64,000 nt of DNA, from contig CAVPLM010000005.1 of NCBI GenBank assembly GCA_963706025.1, positions 1,024,001 through 1,088,000 of the forward strand, written 5' to 3'. The translations under genes were made by a program, and so were the position numbers. The DNA comes from an uncultured Actinomycetes bacterium. Its GTDB lineage: Bacteria > Actinomycetota > Thermoleophilia > RBG-16-64-13. The notes under the pieces are model-generated. The model worked only from the letters and a program-made list of their open reading frames with translations. It had not been told where the DNA came from and did no database searches. Positions 10,070-19,724 of this stretch are shown here, in pieces. Numbering within the stretch: position 1 is the first letter of the stretch; the number at the start of each line of letters is the position of its first letter.

Positions 10070-10390
10070 GTGGCCACGGTTGAGATACACGCCGGGGTCT
10101 GCGGCCACATCACAACGGTGAGGGCCACCGCCGGCGAAGGCTACAAGGTGCGGGTCACGTTGGAAAGCACGTGCCCCCACGTGTGGAAGATCTCTGGGGA
10201 TGTGGACGAGGTGGACGCCCTCCAGCAGATCGGCCTGCGGGATGGGCTGCCGCCCGCGCTCGAGGCCGCCTACACCCACTGCGTGCACGCCGCCTGTCCG
10301 GTGCCGTCCGGGTTGATCAAGTCGATCGAGGTGGCGGCCGGCCTGGCTTTGCCTGAGGACGTTTCCATGCGCATCAGCAAGGAGGAATGA
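10070..10390 (+). CDS. Small Cys/His-rich conserved protein (DUF6951-like)
   Basis: GVCGH, CPH, HCVHAACPVPSG..K.IEVAAGLALP; GAGGAGG RBS; operonic spacing. Confidence 0.75.
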   Translation: MATVEIHAGVCGHITTVRATAGEGYKVRVTLESTCPHVWKISGDVDEVDALQQIGLRDGLPPALEAAYTHCVHAACPVPSGLIKSIEVAAGLALPEDVSMRISKEE

Positions 10391-10396
10391 CAGATC

Positions 10397-11455
10397 ATGT
10401 GGTGCGAGACGATGACAAGCGCGGAACGGATGGGCGCCCTCATGAAGGGCGAAAGACCCGACCGCGTCCCGGTGATCCCTTTCGTGTTCGGGCATTGCGC
10501 CGTAGTCTGCGGGGAGCCGATCGCCCGCGTGTTCGCGGACGCCGAACAGAGTTTCCGCTGCCAGCTGCTCGCAGCGGAGATGTACGGCTACGACGGCGGG
10601 CCTCTCTATGCCTATGCCTCAGCTGGAGGTTGGGAGTTTGGGGGCGACATCGAGTTCCCTGTCAAGAAGTACTCGGGCGCAACGATAGTCACGCGTACCC
10701 CCATACAGACCGAGGATGACGTCTATGCGCTCCAGGTCCCTGCCGACATCACGAAAGCGGGTGCTCTTCCCATCGCCCTGGGGGTCGCCCGCAGGCAGGC
10801 CGAGCACGGCATGCCGGTGAGCATGCAGATCGGCTCCCCCCTTACCTGGGCCGGCTCTGTCATCGGCGAAGAGCGCATGATGACCTGGCTCATCAAGAAG
10901 CCCGAGCTGGTACATCAGGTACTCGACAAGGTGGCGGAGTTCGTCATCAAGGTGGCCGAGCACTACGCCCGGGAGTTCGGGGCCGAGAAGCTCATGGCGT
11001 TCCACGGCGCGGCCACGGAATCAAACGCGCTCATCTCGCCCAAGCAGTTCGAGACGTTCGTGCTCCCCTATCTGCAGAGGATCAACACCCGAGTGCTGGA
11101 GATAGGTGTGGGCACTTTCTTCATCCACATCTGTGGGGAGCAGAACAAGAATCTCAAGTTCTGGCAGCAGGTCCCCGTGACCAAGCAGACTATCCTCAGC
11201 TTCGGCCGGGAGGTGGACCTGTCCACGGTCATGGAGATGTTCCCCGACCAGATCATCGCCGGGAACGTCGACCCGACCCTCATCCAAGAGGGCAAGCCGG
11301 AGGAAGTGCTGGCCCAAGCCAGGGAGTGCATCGAGACGGCCAAGGACCACAAAGGCGGGTACGTACTCATGGCCGGCTGCGACCTGCCCCCGCACGCGCC
11401 GCCGGTTAACGTCTTCCAGCTGGTCAAGGCCGCTCGCGAGTTCGGGAGATACTAG
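10397..11455 (+). CDS. MtaA/CmuA (UROD-fold) methyltransferase, copy 2
   Basis: Paralog of 8312-9367: ERPDRVPV, GSPLTWAGS, IHICGEQNKN, AGNVDP, GCDLPP. Confidence 0.88.
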   Translation: MWCETMTSAERMGALMKGERPDRVPVIPFVFGHCAVVCGEPIARVFADAEQSFRCQLLAAEMYGYDGGPLYAYASAGGWEFGGDIEFPVKKYSGATIVTRTPIQTEDDVYALQVPADITKAGALPIALGVARRQAEHGMPVSMQIGSPLTWAGSVIGEERMMTWLIKKPELVHQVLDKVAEFVIKVAEHYAREFGAEKLMAFHGAATESNALISPKQFETFVLPYLQRINTRVLEIGVGTFFIHICGEQNKNLKFWQQVPVTKQTILSFGREVDLSTVMEMFPDQIIAGNVDPTLIQEGKPEEVLAQARECIETAKDHKGGYVLMAGCDLPPHAPPVNVFQLVKAAREFGRY

Positions 11456-11456
11456 C

Positions 11457-13349
11457 GTGGCCGATCCCGCCGTCACCTTCCAGCCTTCGGGGAGGCGAGG
11501 GCCGGCGGCACCCGGACAGAGTCTACTGGAGGTGGCCCGGGGTCTGGGAGTGGAGATCGAGAGCGTCTGCGGCGGCAAGGGGACCTGCAAGAAATGTCGC
11601 GTTCGCATCGAGTCGGCGGCGAACGGCGTCTCGGCGCCCACGCCGGTCGAGGAGAGCGCCCTGAGTCCCGAGGCCATGGCTGCGGGGACGCGGCTGGCCT
11701 GCCAGGCGCGCGTCGCCGGTGACGTGCGGGTCTTCGTGCCCGAGGAGAGCCGTCGCACTCAGCAGATCGTGCGCAAGGAAGCCGGCGAGCGCACCGTGCC
11801 CGTCGATCCGGCCATCAGGTGCTACCACATCACTCTCGAGGCGCCGACCTTGGAAGACCCGGTCGCCGACGCCGAGCGGCTGTCGGCCGCACTCGAGCGG
11901 GAGCACGGAGTCGCCGGTCTGACGTTCGATCTGGAGCTGCTGCAGACGCTTCCCGGTGTCGTCCGCCGCGCCAAGTGGGACCTCGTCGCAGTCGTGTGGC
12001 GCGGTGAGAGGGTCGTGGACGTGCGGCCCGCGGCAGACCATCGCCGGATCCTCGGCCTCGCGCTCGATGTGGGCACCACCACTATCGCCGCGTATCTCAC
12101 CGACCTCAACAGCGGAGAGGTACTGGCTACCGAATCCGCCATGAACCCGCAGGTAGCGTTTGGCGATGACGTCATCGCCCGCCTCCATCATGTGGCCCAC
12201 GATCCCGACGGCCTCGCCGAGCTACAGGGAGTGGTGGTAGCGGAGGTGAATAGCCTGGCCGCAAAGGCCGTGGAGCGGAGCGGGGCTGCGCTCACCGACA
12301 TCCTCGATGTGGTGATGGTGGGGAACACTGCCATCCACCATCTCTTCCTGGGCCTCGATACTCGCTACCTGGGCGTGGCGCCCTTCGTTCCCGCGGTCCA
12401 AAACGCCGTCGACACCCGGGCCGCCTCCATCGGCCTCACCTTCCACCCCAATTGCCGCCTGCACGTGCTTCCCGTGGAGGCAGGTTTCGTAGGAGCCGAC
12501 AATGTGGGGGTGCTGATAGCCGAAGAGCCCTACAAGCAGGACGAGATCCTGCTCATCATCGACATCGGCACGAACGGCGAGCTGGTGCTCGGCAACCGGC
12601 AGCGCCTGCTCTCCACCTCCTGTGCCACCGGACCGGCCCTGGAAGGGTCCCACATCGAGTTCGGCATGCGGGCCGCCCCCGGGGCTATCGAGCGCATACG
12701 GATAGAGCCGGGCACCTTCGATGTACGCTTCAAGGTCATCGGCCTGGAGGACTGGCACACGAGCTACCCGGCCGACGAGGTGGGAGCCCGCGGGATCTGC
12801 GGATCGGGCATCGTCGAAGCCGCCGCCGAGATGCTCAAGGCGGGCGTGATCTTGCCCAACGGCAATCTCGATCCCGCCCTGCGCCATGAGCGGGTGATCT
12901 TGGAGGATGGCAGGCCGCGGAAGTTCGTGATCGCGTGGCCGAAGGAGACGGCCATCGGCCGCAGCATCACCGTGTCGCTCAAGGACATCCGAGCCATCCA
13001 ACTGGCCAAGGCCGCCCTCAGGGCGGGGGCCGAGATCCTGCTGCGTACCTATGGGGTCGAAAAACCGGACCGGGTGATCCTGGCCGGGGCTTTCGGCACC
13101 TTCATCGATAGACACCACGCGCTGGCCATCGGGATGTTGCCGGATTGTGCCCCGGAGGTGGTCACTTCTGTCGGCAACGCCGCCGGCGACGGAGCCCGCT
13201 TCGCCCTCCTCAACATGGGGAAACGCCGGGAGGCGGCCTGGGTGGCCGACAAGGTTGAGTACGTGGAGTTGGCCACCGACCCCGACTTCCAGCGGGAATA
13301 CGTCAAGGCGATGTACTTCAACCCCATCTCGGACATCCCGGAGGAATAG
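11457..13349 (+). CDS. ATP-dependent corrinoid reductive activator (RACE/RACo; 2Fe-2S plus ASKHA)
   Basis: CGGKGTCKKC..RLACQ, DVGTTT, NPQVAFGDDVI.R, GFVGAD, DIGTNGE, CATGPALEG, GICGSG, LAGAFG, GNAAGDGA. Confidence 0.95.
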   Translation: MADPAVTFQPSGRRGPAAPGQSLLEVARGLGVEIESVCGGKGTCKKCRVRIESAANGVSAPTPVEESALSPEAMAAGTRLACQARVAGDVRVFVPEESRRTQQIVRKEAGERTVPVDPAIRCYHITLEAPTLEDPVADAERLSAALEREHGVAGLTFDLELLQTLPGVVRRAKWDLVAVVWRGERVVDVRPAADHRRILGLALDVGTTTIAAYLTDLNSGEVLATESAMNPQVAFGDDVIARLHHVAHDPDGLAELQGVVVAEVNSLAAKAVERSGAALTDILDVVMVGNTAIHHLFLGLDTRYLGVAPFVPAVQNAVDTRAASIGLTFHPNCRLHVLPVEAGFVGADNVGVLIAEEPYKQDEILLIIDIGTNGELVLGNRQRLLSTSCATGPALEGSHIEFGMRAAPGAIERIRIEPGTFDVRFKVIGLEDWHTSYPADEVGARGICGSGIVEAAAEMLKAGVILPNGNLDPALRHERVILEDGRPRKFVIAWPKETAIGRSITVSLKDIRAIQLAKAALRAGAEILLRTYGVEKPDRVILAGAFGTFIDRHHALAIGMLPDCAPEVVTSVGNAAGDGARFALLNMGKRREAAWVADKVEYVELATDPDFQREYVKAMYFNPISDIPEE

Positions 13350-13421
13350 GGCGAGCACCTCCGCGGCGCCCGGCGCCGCCACGCGGCAGCCGGGCGCGGG
13401 CGTCGTCCCCCGGATTCATCG

Positions 13422-13452
13422 TTGACAGGGCAAACCTGCCCTGTACTATGGT
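13422..13452 (+). promoter_or_regulatory. Promoter with a perfect dyad operator between -35 and -10
   Basis: TTGACA (13422), ACAGGGCA-AACC-TGCCCTGT (13425-13444), then TACTAT (16-bp spacer) or TATGGT (19-bp spacer). Confidence 0.65.
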
Positions 13453-13475
13453 TGTCCTCGTAGAAGGGAGGAGCT

Positions 13476-14831
13476 ATGACAGCCGGAATCGAGCATCTCA
13501 CCGCCAAAACGGTGGTGGTCGGTAGCGGGCCGGGAGGGGCCACGGTGGCGCGCGAACTTGCCCGCCGGGGACAAGATGTCCTCGTACTGGAGCGAGGCGC
13601 CGATCACCAACCGCTGGGAAGTTACGCCACCCTCTACCGCATAGTCAACCGCGATGGTCCTCTGACCCCCCACGCCGTTTCAGTGGAAGGCAATGCCTTC
13701 GGTAGCTTCCTGACGGTGGGGGGCTGCTCGATAGCGTTCTGCGGTACCGCAGCGCCCCCGCATCCGCTGCTCAAAGAACGGTACGGCATCGATCTGGCCC
13801 CCTATGTCGCGGAGGCGACGACGGAGCTCAATCTGGCTCCATTGCCCGAGCGCCTCATCGGAGAGGGGGCGAAGAGAATCCGGCGGGCGGCGCGCGCGGA
13901 GGGTCTCGACTGGCGTCCGTTCTCCAAGTTCATCGACCCGGACAAATGCGACCTCAGCATGCGGTGCTACGCGGGGTGTCGCACAGGAGCCAAATGGAGC
14001 GCGCGCGACTACATCGAGGAGATGACCGGCAACGGCGGTCGTTTGCGGACCCAGATGCGGGTGGAGCAGGTGCTCACCGACGGTGGGCGCGTGACCGGCG
14101 TACGTGGCATGGGGCGGTCGGGGCCCTTCGAGGTCGATGCCGAGACCGTCGTGCTCGCGGCGAACGGCATGGGTTCGGCGATGATCATGCAGGCGTCCGG
14201 GTTCCCCACCGCCGGCCAGGGAGTGTTCGTCGACCCGCTGATAACGACGTACGGCACCTATCCCGGGCCGGGTTCCACGCACGATATCCCCATGAGCTGC
14301 GGGACGTTCGACCTGCTGGAAGAGGGCATCTTCATGTGCGACGCCTGGGATCCCTGGCCGTTCTTGTTCGTCGGAATGCTCACGGCCGGCCGCCGGCACC
14401 TGGCCGGGAATCTGGGTCGGATGAGCCGCTATCCGCATTCCCTCGGGATCATGACCAAGATCAAGGACAGGCTGAACGGGTCTGTCGCAGCCGACGGCAG
14501 TGTCTCCAAACCCATCGAGGAGGAGGAGAAGCGCCTGTTCGCGCACGGCTCGGAGATCGCGACCCGCATCCTTACCCGGGCCGGCTGCGACCCTTCTTCG
14601 ATCTTCAGCACCCCGCCGATGGGGTCAAACCCGAGCGGGACCGTGCGCATCGGGAATCTGGTGGACAACGACCTGAGGACCGAGATCGCCGGTCTTTACG
14701 TGTGCGATACCAGCGTCCTCCCCGAGCCCGACGGCCTGCCGCCGGTGCTGACCATCATTGCTCTGGGCAAACGACTGGTGGCCGAGCAGTTGGCGCGGGG
14801 ACGAGCGGTGGTGGAATCACCGGTGGTCTGA
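13476..14831 (+). CDS. GMC-family FAD oxidoreductase
   Basis: VVGSGPGG...VLERG, C..S..C..GC.TGAK, GLYVCDTSVLP...GLPPVLTIIAL. Confidence 0.88.
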   Translation: MTAGIEHLTAKTVVVGSGPGGATVARELARRGQDVLVLERGADHQPLGSYATLYRIVNRDGPLTPHAVSVEGNAFGSFLTVGGCSIAFCGTAAPPHPLLKERYGIDLAPYVAEATTELNLAPLPERLIGEGAKRIRRAARAEGLDWRPFSKFIDPDKCDLSMRCYAGCRTGAKWSARDYIEEMTGNGGRLRTQMRVEQVLTDGGRVTGVRGMGRSGPFEVDAETVVLAANGMGSAMIMQASGFPTAGQGVFVDPLITTYGTYPGPGSTHDIPMSCGTFDLLEEGIFMCDAWDPWPFLFVGMLTAGRRHLAGNLGRMSRYPHSLGIMTKIKDRLNGSVAADGSVSKPIEEEEKRLFAHGSEIATRILTRAGCDPSSIFSTPPMGSNPSGTVRIGNLVDNDLRTEIAGLYVCDTSVLPEPDGLPPVLTIIALGKRLVAEQLARGRAVVESPVV

Positions 14832-15743
14832 GGACGGCACCGAGCCGACCTTGACGAAGGTCCCGTCCTGGTACTCCTGGAATGCTCGACGGAGCTCGTC
14901 CTCGGTGTTCATGACGATGGGTCCCCGCCAAGCGACGGGCTCTTTGAGCGGCCGCCCCGACACCAGCAGGAACCGGACCGGTTCCTGACCCGCGGTCGCC
15001 ACCAACTCGTCGCCATCGCTGAAAAGGATCGCCTTCTCCCGGCCCACCGGCGCGCTCCCCGGGTCGAAGAAGCCGCTACCCTCGAACACGTAGGCGAAGA
15101 CGGCGCGCCCGCGGGGTGCGGGGTGCCCGAACCGCGAACCGGCAGGCACCGTGACGTCCAGATACTCGGGGTCGGTCATGATATCTCGGACCGGACCGGT
15201 GACGCCGTCCACTTCCCCACAGACCACGCGCACGCGGGCCCCCTCGGCCGACTCGACCACCGGGATATCGGCGCTTCTGACTTCCTGGTAGCGGGGATCC
15301 ATCATCTTGTGAGCCGCCGGTAGATTGGACCAGAGCTGAAAGCCCCGAAGCAGGGTCGCCGGACCGGTGGCAGGCGCGAGGCCGGCGTCTGAGGAGCCTT
15401 CCGCCGGGGTTTCGATCCGAGGCATCTCCTGATGTATGATCCCGCTCCCCGCCGTCATCCACTGCACGTCGCCCGGGCCGATGACCCCGGAGTTGCCAAG
15501 GCTGTCGCCGTGCTCCACCCGACCGTGCAGCATGTAGGTGATGGTCTCGATCCCCCGATGCGGGTGCCAGGGGAATCCGGGCAGGTAATCGGCTGGATCG
15601 CTAGAGCCGAAATGGTCCAGCATGAGGAAGGGGTCGAACGCCGGCACCTCGCCGAACCCGAATGCCCGCTTCAACCGTACACCCGCTCCCTCCAGCGTCG
15701 GTCGCGCGGAGAAGATCCTGCTCACCGTCCGTATTTCGTTCAC
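14817..15743 (-). CDS. Pirin family protein
   Basis: EGAGVRLKRAFG, DPFLMLDHF, GFPWHPHRGIETITY, QWMTAGSGIIHQE, GPIVMNT; GTG start overlaps the TfoX stop. Confidence 0.95.
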   Translation of the reverse strand: MNEIRTVSRIFSARPTLEGAGVRLKRAFGFGEVPAFDPFLMLDHFGSSDPADYLPGFPWHPHRGIETITYMLHGRVEHGDSLGNSGVIGPGDVQWMTAGSGIIHQEMPRIETPAEGSSDAGLAPATGPATLLRGFQLWSNLPAAHKMMDPRYQEVRSADIPVVESAEGARVRVVCGEVDGVTGPVRDIMTDPEYLDVTVPAGSRFGHPAPRGRAVFAYVFEGSGFFDPGSAPVGREKAILFSDGDELVATAGQEPVRFLLVSGRPLKEPVAWRGPIVMNTEDELRRAFQEYQDGTFVKVGSVPSSDHR

Positions 15744-16126
15744 GGCGCACCATCCTTCGCCACTCGTGCCTTCTTGGGCTTCGGCACCTTGGGCGGCAAC
15801 GAACCGACGAACTCCACGGACCGGCGGAGCCATTGCTCGAACGATTCCGGATCGCTCCACACCGCCTCGGGTACCACCACGTACTCCCTCATCACCCGGC
15901 CCGGCATGGGCTCAAAAGGCAGGGCTCCGGCCTCGTTCTGAGCCACTGTTCGATCATCCTCCAGCAGCCTGAGAACGATCTTCCGTCCGTGGACACCGGC
16001 GAACATATATCCGTTGAGGAACAGGCAGAGACCTCCGAACATCTTGCGCTTCTCTACAAGTGCGAAGGGCTCGGCCGCCTGTCCCAGGATCTCTTCCAAC
16101 TCGTGCGAGGCCTTCTCCCAGTCCAC
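15740..16126 (-). CDS. TfoX/Sxy N-terminal domain protein
   Basis: RKMFGG.CLFLNG.MFAGV, PFEPMPGRVMREYVVVP. Confidence 0.88.
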   Translation of the reverse strand: MDWEKASHELEEILGQAAEPFALVEKRKMFGGLCLFLNGYMFAGVHGRKIVLRLLEDDRTVAQNEAGALPFEPMPGRVMREYVVVPEAVWSDPESFEQWLRRSVEFVGSLPPKVPKPKKARVAKDGAP

Positions 16127-16248
16127 TTCTCCTCCTTCGCCGCGGACGTTCCGAGGCACTTGCCAACAACGGTACCTTAAGTACTACCCATTCTGTACCG
16201 ACATTATTGACCAGAGGACCGACGATCGGAGGCTGTACCGAGCCCGTC

Positions 16249-17876
16249 ATGAGCATGACCTTCACGCCACATGTACTGCCCTTTGCCCTCGCGGCGCTGG
16301 TGCTGGCCGCTCTGATCCCCGTGGCTTGGAGCAACCGCCGGGACCCGGTGGCTCGTTGGTTCGCCTGGACCCTCGTGGCCTTCATCGTATGGGCTGTTGG
16401 CTACATCTTCGAGATCCTGTCGGTAGAGCTCGATAGCAAGCTCCTCTTCGCCAACATCCAGTTTCTGGGAGTGGCCACCGTTTCGGTGTGCTGGTGGGAG
16501 ATGACCCGCCGCTATCTTGGGCTCAGCAACATCCCCAGAGCTTTGACTGCCTTCCTGTGGCTCGTAGCCGGGGCGACCGTGGTGATCGCGTTCACGAACC
16601 CGGGGGGATTGTTCCGGGGACAACCTTTCATTGAGACCGGCACCGCTCCGATCCCCGTGCTGCACGCGGACTACGGGCCCTGGTACACGTACGCGCTCTT
16701 GCCGTTGAGCGCACTGCTGAACATGGCCGTGCTCGCGCTGCTCGGCTGGAGGGCATTCGGCGCGCACCGTTTCTACCGCAAGCAGTACGTGGTGCTGTTT
16801 ACGGCCCTTCTCCTGCCCTTGACCGCGACGGTGCTGTACATATCCGGCCTGCAGCCCTGGCGTGACTACAACCTTACCGCGGCGGTCGCCGGGGTCTCCG
16901 GATTGCTGCTCGCGGTGGGGCTGTTCCGCTGGCGATTGTTCGACATCGTCCCCTTTGCCCGCGATCTGGTGGTCGAAGACCTCGCCGACGGGGTGATCGT
17001 CGCCGACAAAGGCGGCCGGATAGTGGACCTGAACGCATCGGCCGAGCGCTTGACCCAACTCAAGCACGATCAGGTCGTCGGGAGGCCGGCGGAAGAGGTG
17101 TTGGCCAAGTATCCAGCGCTGAAGGAACTCCTCGCGGCGCCGGACGACGGCCCCTCACACACGATCAGCCGCCGGGAGATGGTGGTCAAACTGGGCGACG
17201 TCAACCGCTACTATGGCATCAGCTCCTCTCGAGTCATGACGCGCCGAGGTAGATTCCTGGGTAGGGCGGTGGTAATGCACGAGGTGACGGAGCGGGTCCG
17301 GTTGGTCGAGCAGGTAAGAGAGCTGGCCAACAGCGATGACCTGACCGGCCTAGTCAACCGCCGCCACTTCTTCGAGCTCGCCGGGCTGGAGTTCGAACGC
17401 GCCCGTCGCCACAACTATCCGGTGTCGCTCATAATGTTCGACGTGGACCGCTTCAAGCAGGTGAACGACACCCACGGACATCGCGCGGGCGACCTGGTGC
17501 TCCGTGAGTTGGCCAACCGGTGCCGGAGTGTCCTCCGCTCCACCGACATCGTCGGACGTCTTGGGGGGAAGAGTTCGCGGTGCTTCTCGCGTACGCGGAT
17601 CTCCAGGGGGCGGCTCAGACGGCCGACCGGATACGCCAGGCGGTGGAGTCGATGCGGGTGGGCAAGGGCCTTTACGGGGACGGGATCAAAGTCACGCTCA
17701 GCGCGGGCGTGACTCAGTTGGACGCCGACGCCGAAACGGCCTCCGACACCTTGGACACGGTGCTGGAGCGCGCGGACAACGCGCTTTATCAGGCGAAGGG
17801 TATGGGCCGGAACTCGGTGGTAACATCTGAAGGAGCGACAGTGCCGGCGGCCTCGACCCTGCGCGTCGTGGTCTGA
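16249..17876 (+). CDS. HisKA-7TM/PAS/GGDEF diguanylate cyclase, frameshifted in the G6 run at 17563-17568
   Basis: About 7 TM segments, PAS (DGVIVAD..GRIVDLN), DDLTGLVNRR, DVDRFKQVNDTHGH, RSTD I-site. One extra G gives GRLGGEEF...ERADNALYQAK..GRN. Confidence 0.9.
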
Positions 17877-17998
17877 TGGGACTGATGGGACTTTTGTAGG
17901 AGGCCCGGCTATTGACCCGGTCCGGCATGGAGCGGGACAATCGCACCACGAGGGGCTGAGGCGGAACAGCGGCCAGTAACGGCTTTTGGGGGTGTGCG

Positions 17999-19678
17999 GT
18001 GAAAAGGAGCATGAGAGTCCTGTTGTCGACCGTCACCTGCGCGCTTGTGCTTGCGTTCGGCATGACCGCGACGGCTTGGGCCGTTGACGAGGTACCGGCA
18101 GAGACCTGGCAGGTAAGGACCATCCCTACGCCGGTGTCAGGGGTGCAACCTTCCTTCATCGCCGCCGAAAGCGGGCGCTTGGCCTGGACGGGAGCGGGCG
18201 GAGGGAACTCCCGCATGTTCGTCTACAACCTTTCCGTCGGCGCCAACGCGACCATTCCGGTGAGACTGCCCGGCGCCTACTTCAACCCTTGCGCCGACGG
18301 TCCCTGGGTTGCCTTCCAGGGTCACACCACCGGAGCCTTCGACGACATCTACCTCTACGACACGGCGAACGGGGAGGTAAGCCGGATCACCAACAACGCG
18401 GACGCGGGAGACTGGAACGACTGGAATCCCCGCATGGACAGCGACCGTATCGTGTGGGAGAAGGACATGCTCGGCTCCAGTCCCAAGCCCGGGATCTATC
18501 TCTACGACATCGCTCTCGGCACTCGTTCGCTGATCATCCCCGGCGCCCAATACCGCAACCCGGACATCTGGGGCGACTTTGTGGTCTGCGTCAAGAACGA
18601 CCAGACCCTCGGGGTCAACGGTTCGGAGATAGTGCTCTACAACCTGGTGACCAAGACGGAGCAGTCCATACAGATAGCCACCGGTACCATGAACAACGAC
18701 GGTCCCTGCATCGATTCGGGCTGGGTCGTGTGGTCATCCGGTGACATCTGGCAGGCCGGGGGCACCGACCGTTCGTCCTCGTACCAGATATACGCGTACG
18801 AGATAGCCAGCGGTAGGACCATCCCTGTCACGAACAACGTGGCCGGCAACTTCAATCCCTCCATCGAAGGCAACACGGTGGCGTGGGAGACAAAGCAGCC
18901 CAACGCCATCATGACCTACGACATCCCCTCCGCGACCATCGTCCAGGTCTCGCAGGTGGCCCAGGCGGGCGAGACGGTGAGGTCTCCCGACGTGGACGGC
19001 TCCGCCATCGCCTGGTACGGCAACAAGGGTCTTTCCTACGCGGTCCGCGGTTCCCAGGCTACAACATTCCCCGACGTGCCGGCCGATCACCCCTACTTCA
19101 CCGCCATCGAAGGCATGGCGGCGCTCGAGATCATCGCGGGCTACCAGAACGGCAACTTCGGGCCGGCCGACCCGGTCATCCGCCAGCAGTTCGCCAAGAT
19201 GATCGTGCTCACCATGGCCGTGAACGACCCCGCGAACTTCACCGCCACAACGAACGACAGGTTCCTCTTCACCGACGCCCCGGCGATGATCGCCGAGACC
19301 AAGGCCGGCGAGCTCTATCCCTATCACTACGTGTCCAAAGCGGCCATCACCGGGCTGACAGTGGGCTACCCTGACGGCTCGTTCAGGCCTTTGAACAAGA
19401 TCACTCGAGCCCAGGTGATCACCATGATCGTCCGAGCGGGGAGCCGGGTGCTCCAGTCACCGCCGAGCACGTGGAGAGGCGTCCTGGACTACACCGACCC
19501 CACCCACGGCCAGAACATCAGGATCGCGGAGTTCAACGGCCTCCTGAACGGAATCGTGGGTAACCCCAGCGGGACCCTGAACGGTTGGAACACCAAAGGC
19601 GACGCCACCCGCGGAGAGGTGGCGCAGATGCTCTGGAACCTGTTGGGCAGGCTCACTCCCGCCGCCCCCGCGGGGTAG
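17999..19678 (+). CDS. Secreted surface protein with TolB-like beta-propeller repeats and C-terminal SLH domains
   Basis: Signal peptide, repeated P.(I/M)DG..VVW / IYLYD units, FPDVP.DHPY, GY.NGNFGP...RQQFAKMI, GYPDGSFRP...ITRAQ, TRGEVAQML. Confidence 0.85.
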   Translation: MKRSMRVLLSTVTCALVLAFGMTATAWAVDEVPAETWQVRTIPTPVSGVQPSFIAAESGRLAWTGAGGGNSRMFVYNLSVGANATIPVRLPGAYFNPCADGPWVAFQGHTTGAFDDIYLYDTANGEVSRITNNADAGDWNDWNPRMDSDRIVWEKDMLGSSPKPGIYLYDIALGTRSLIIPGAQYRNPDIWGDFVVCVKNDQTLGVNGSEIVLYNLVTKTEQSIQIATGTMNNDGPCIDSGWVVWSSGDIWQAGGTDRSSSYQIYAYEIASGRTIPVTNNVAGNFNPSIEGNTVAWETKQPNAIMTYDIPSATIVQVSQVAQAGETVRSPDVDGSAIAWYGNKGLSYAVRGSQATTFPDVPADHPYFTAIEGMAALEIIAGYQNGNFGPADPVIRQQFAKMIVLTMAVNDPANFTATTNDRFLFTDAPAMIAETKAGELYPYHYVSKAAITGLTVGYPDGSFRPLNKITRAQVITMIVRAGSRVLQSPPSTWRGVLDYTDPTHGQNIRIAEFNGLLNGIVGNPSGTLNGWNTKGDATRGEVAQMLWNLLGRLTPAAPAG

Positions 19679-19724
19679 CGGGCGGGGTAGCCGGGCCCCT
19701 TCCGAGGCCCTGCGCCTCAGCGAC

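Noticed and set aside
8312-13349. Methyltransferase operon products as encapsulin cargo; hgcAB or pyrrolysine systems
   Set aside because: No terminal targeting peptides, no HgcA cap-helix motif, and no in-frame TAG read-through or MttB fold.
13424-13444. ACAGGGCAAACC resembles the 5' end of a c-di-GMP-I riboswitch
   Set aside because: No GAAA-capped P2 or GCAAAGC/P3 follows; the sequence is a DNA palindrome inside a promoter.
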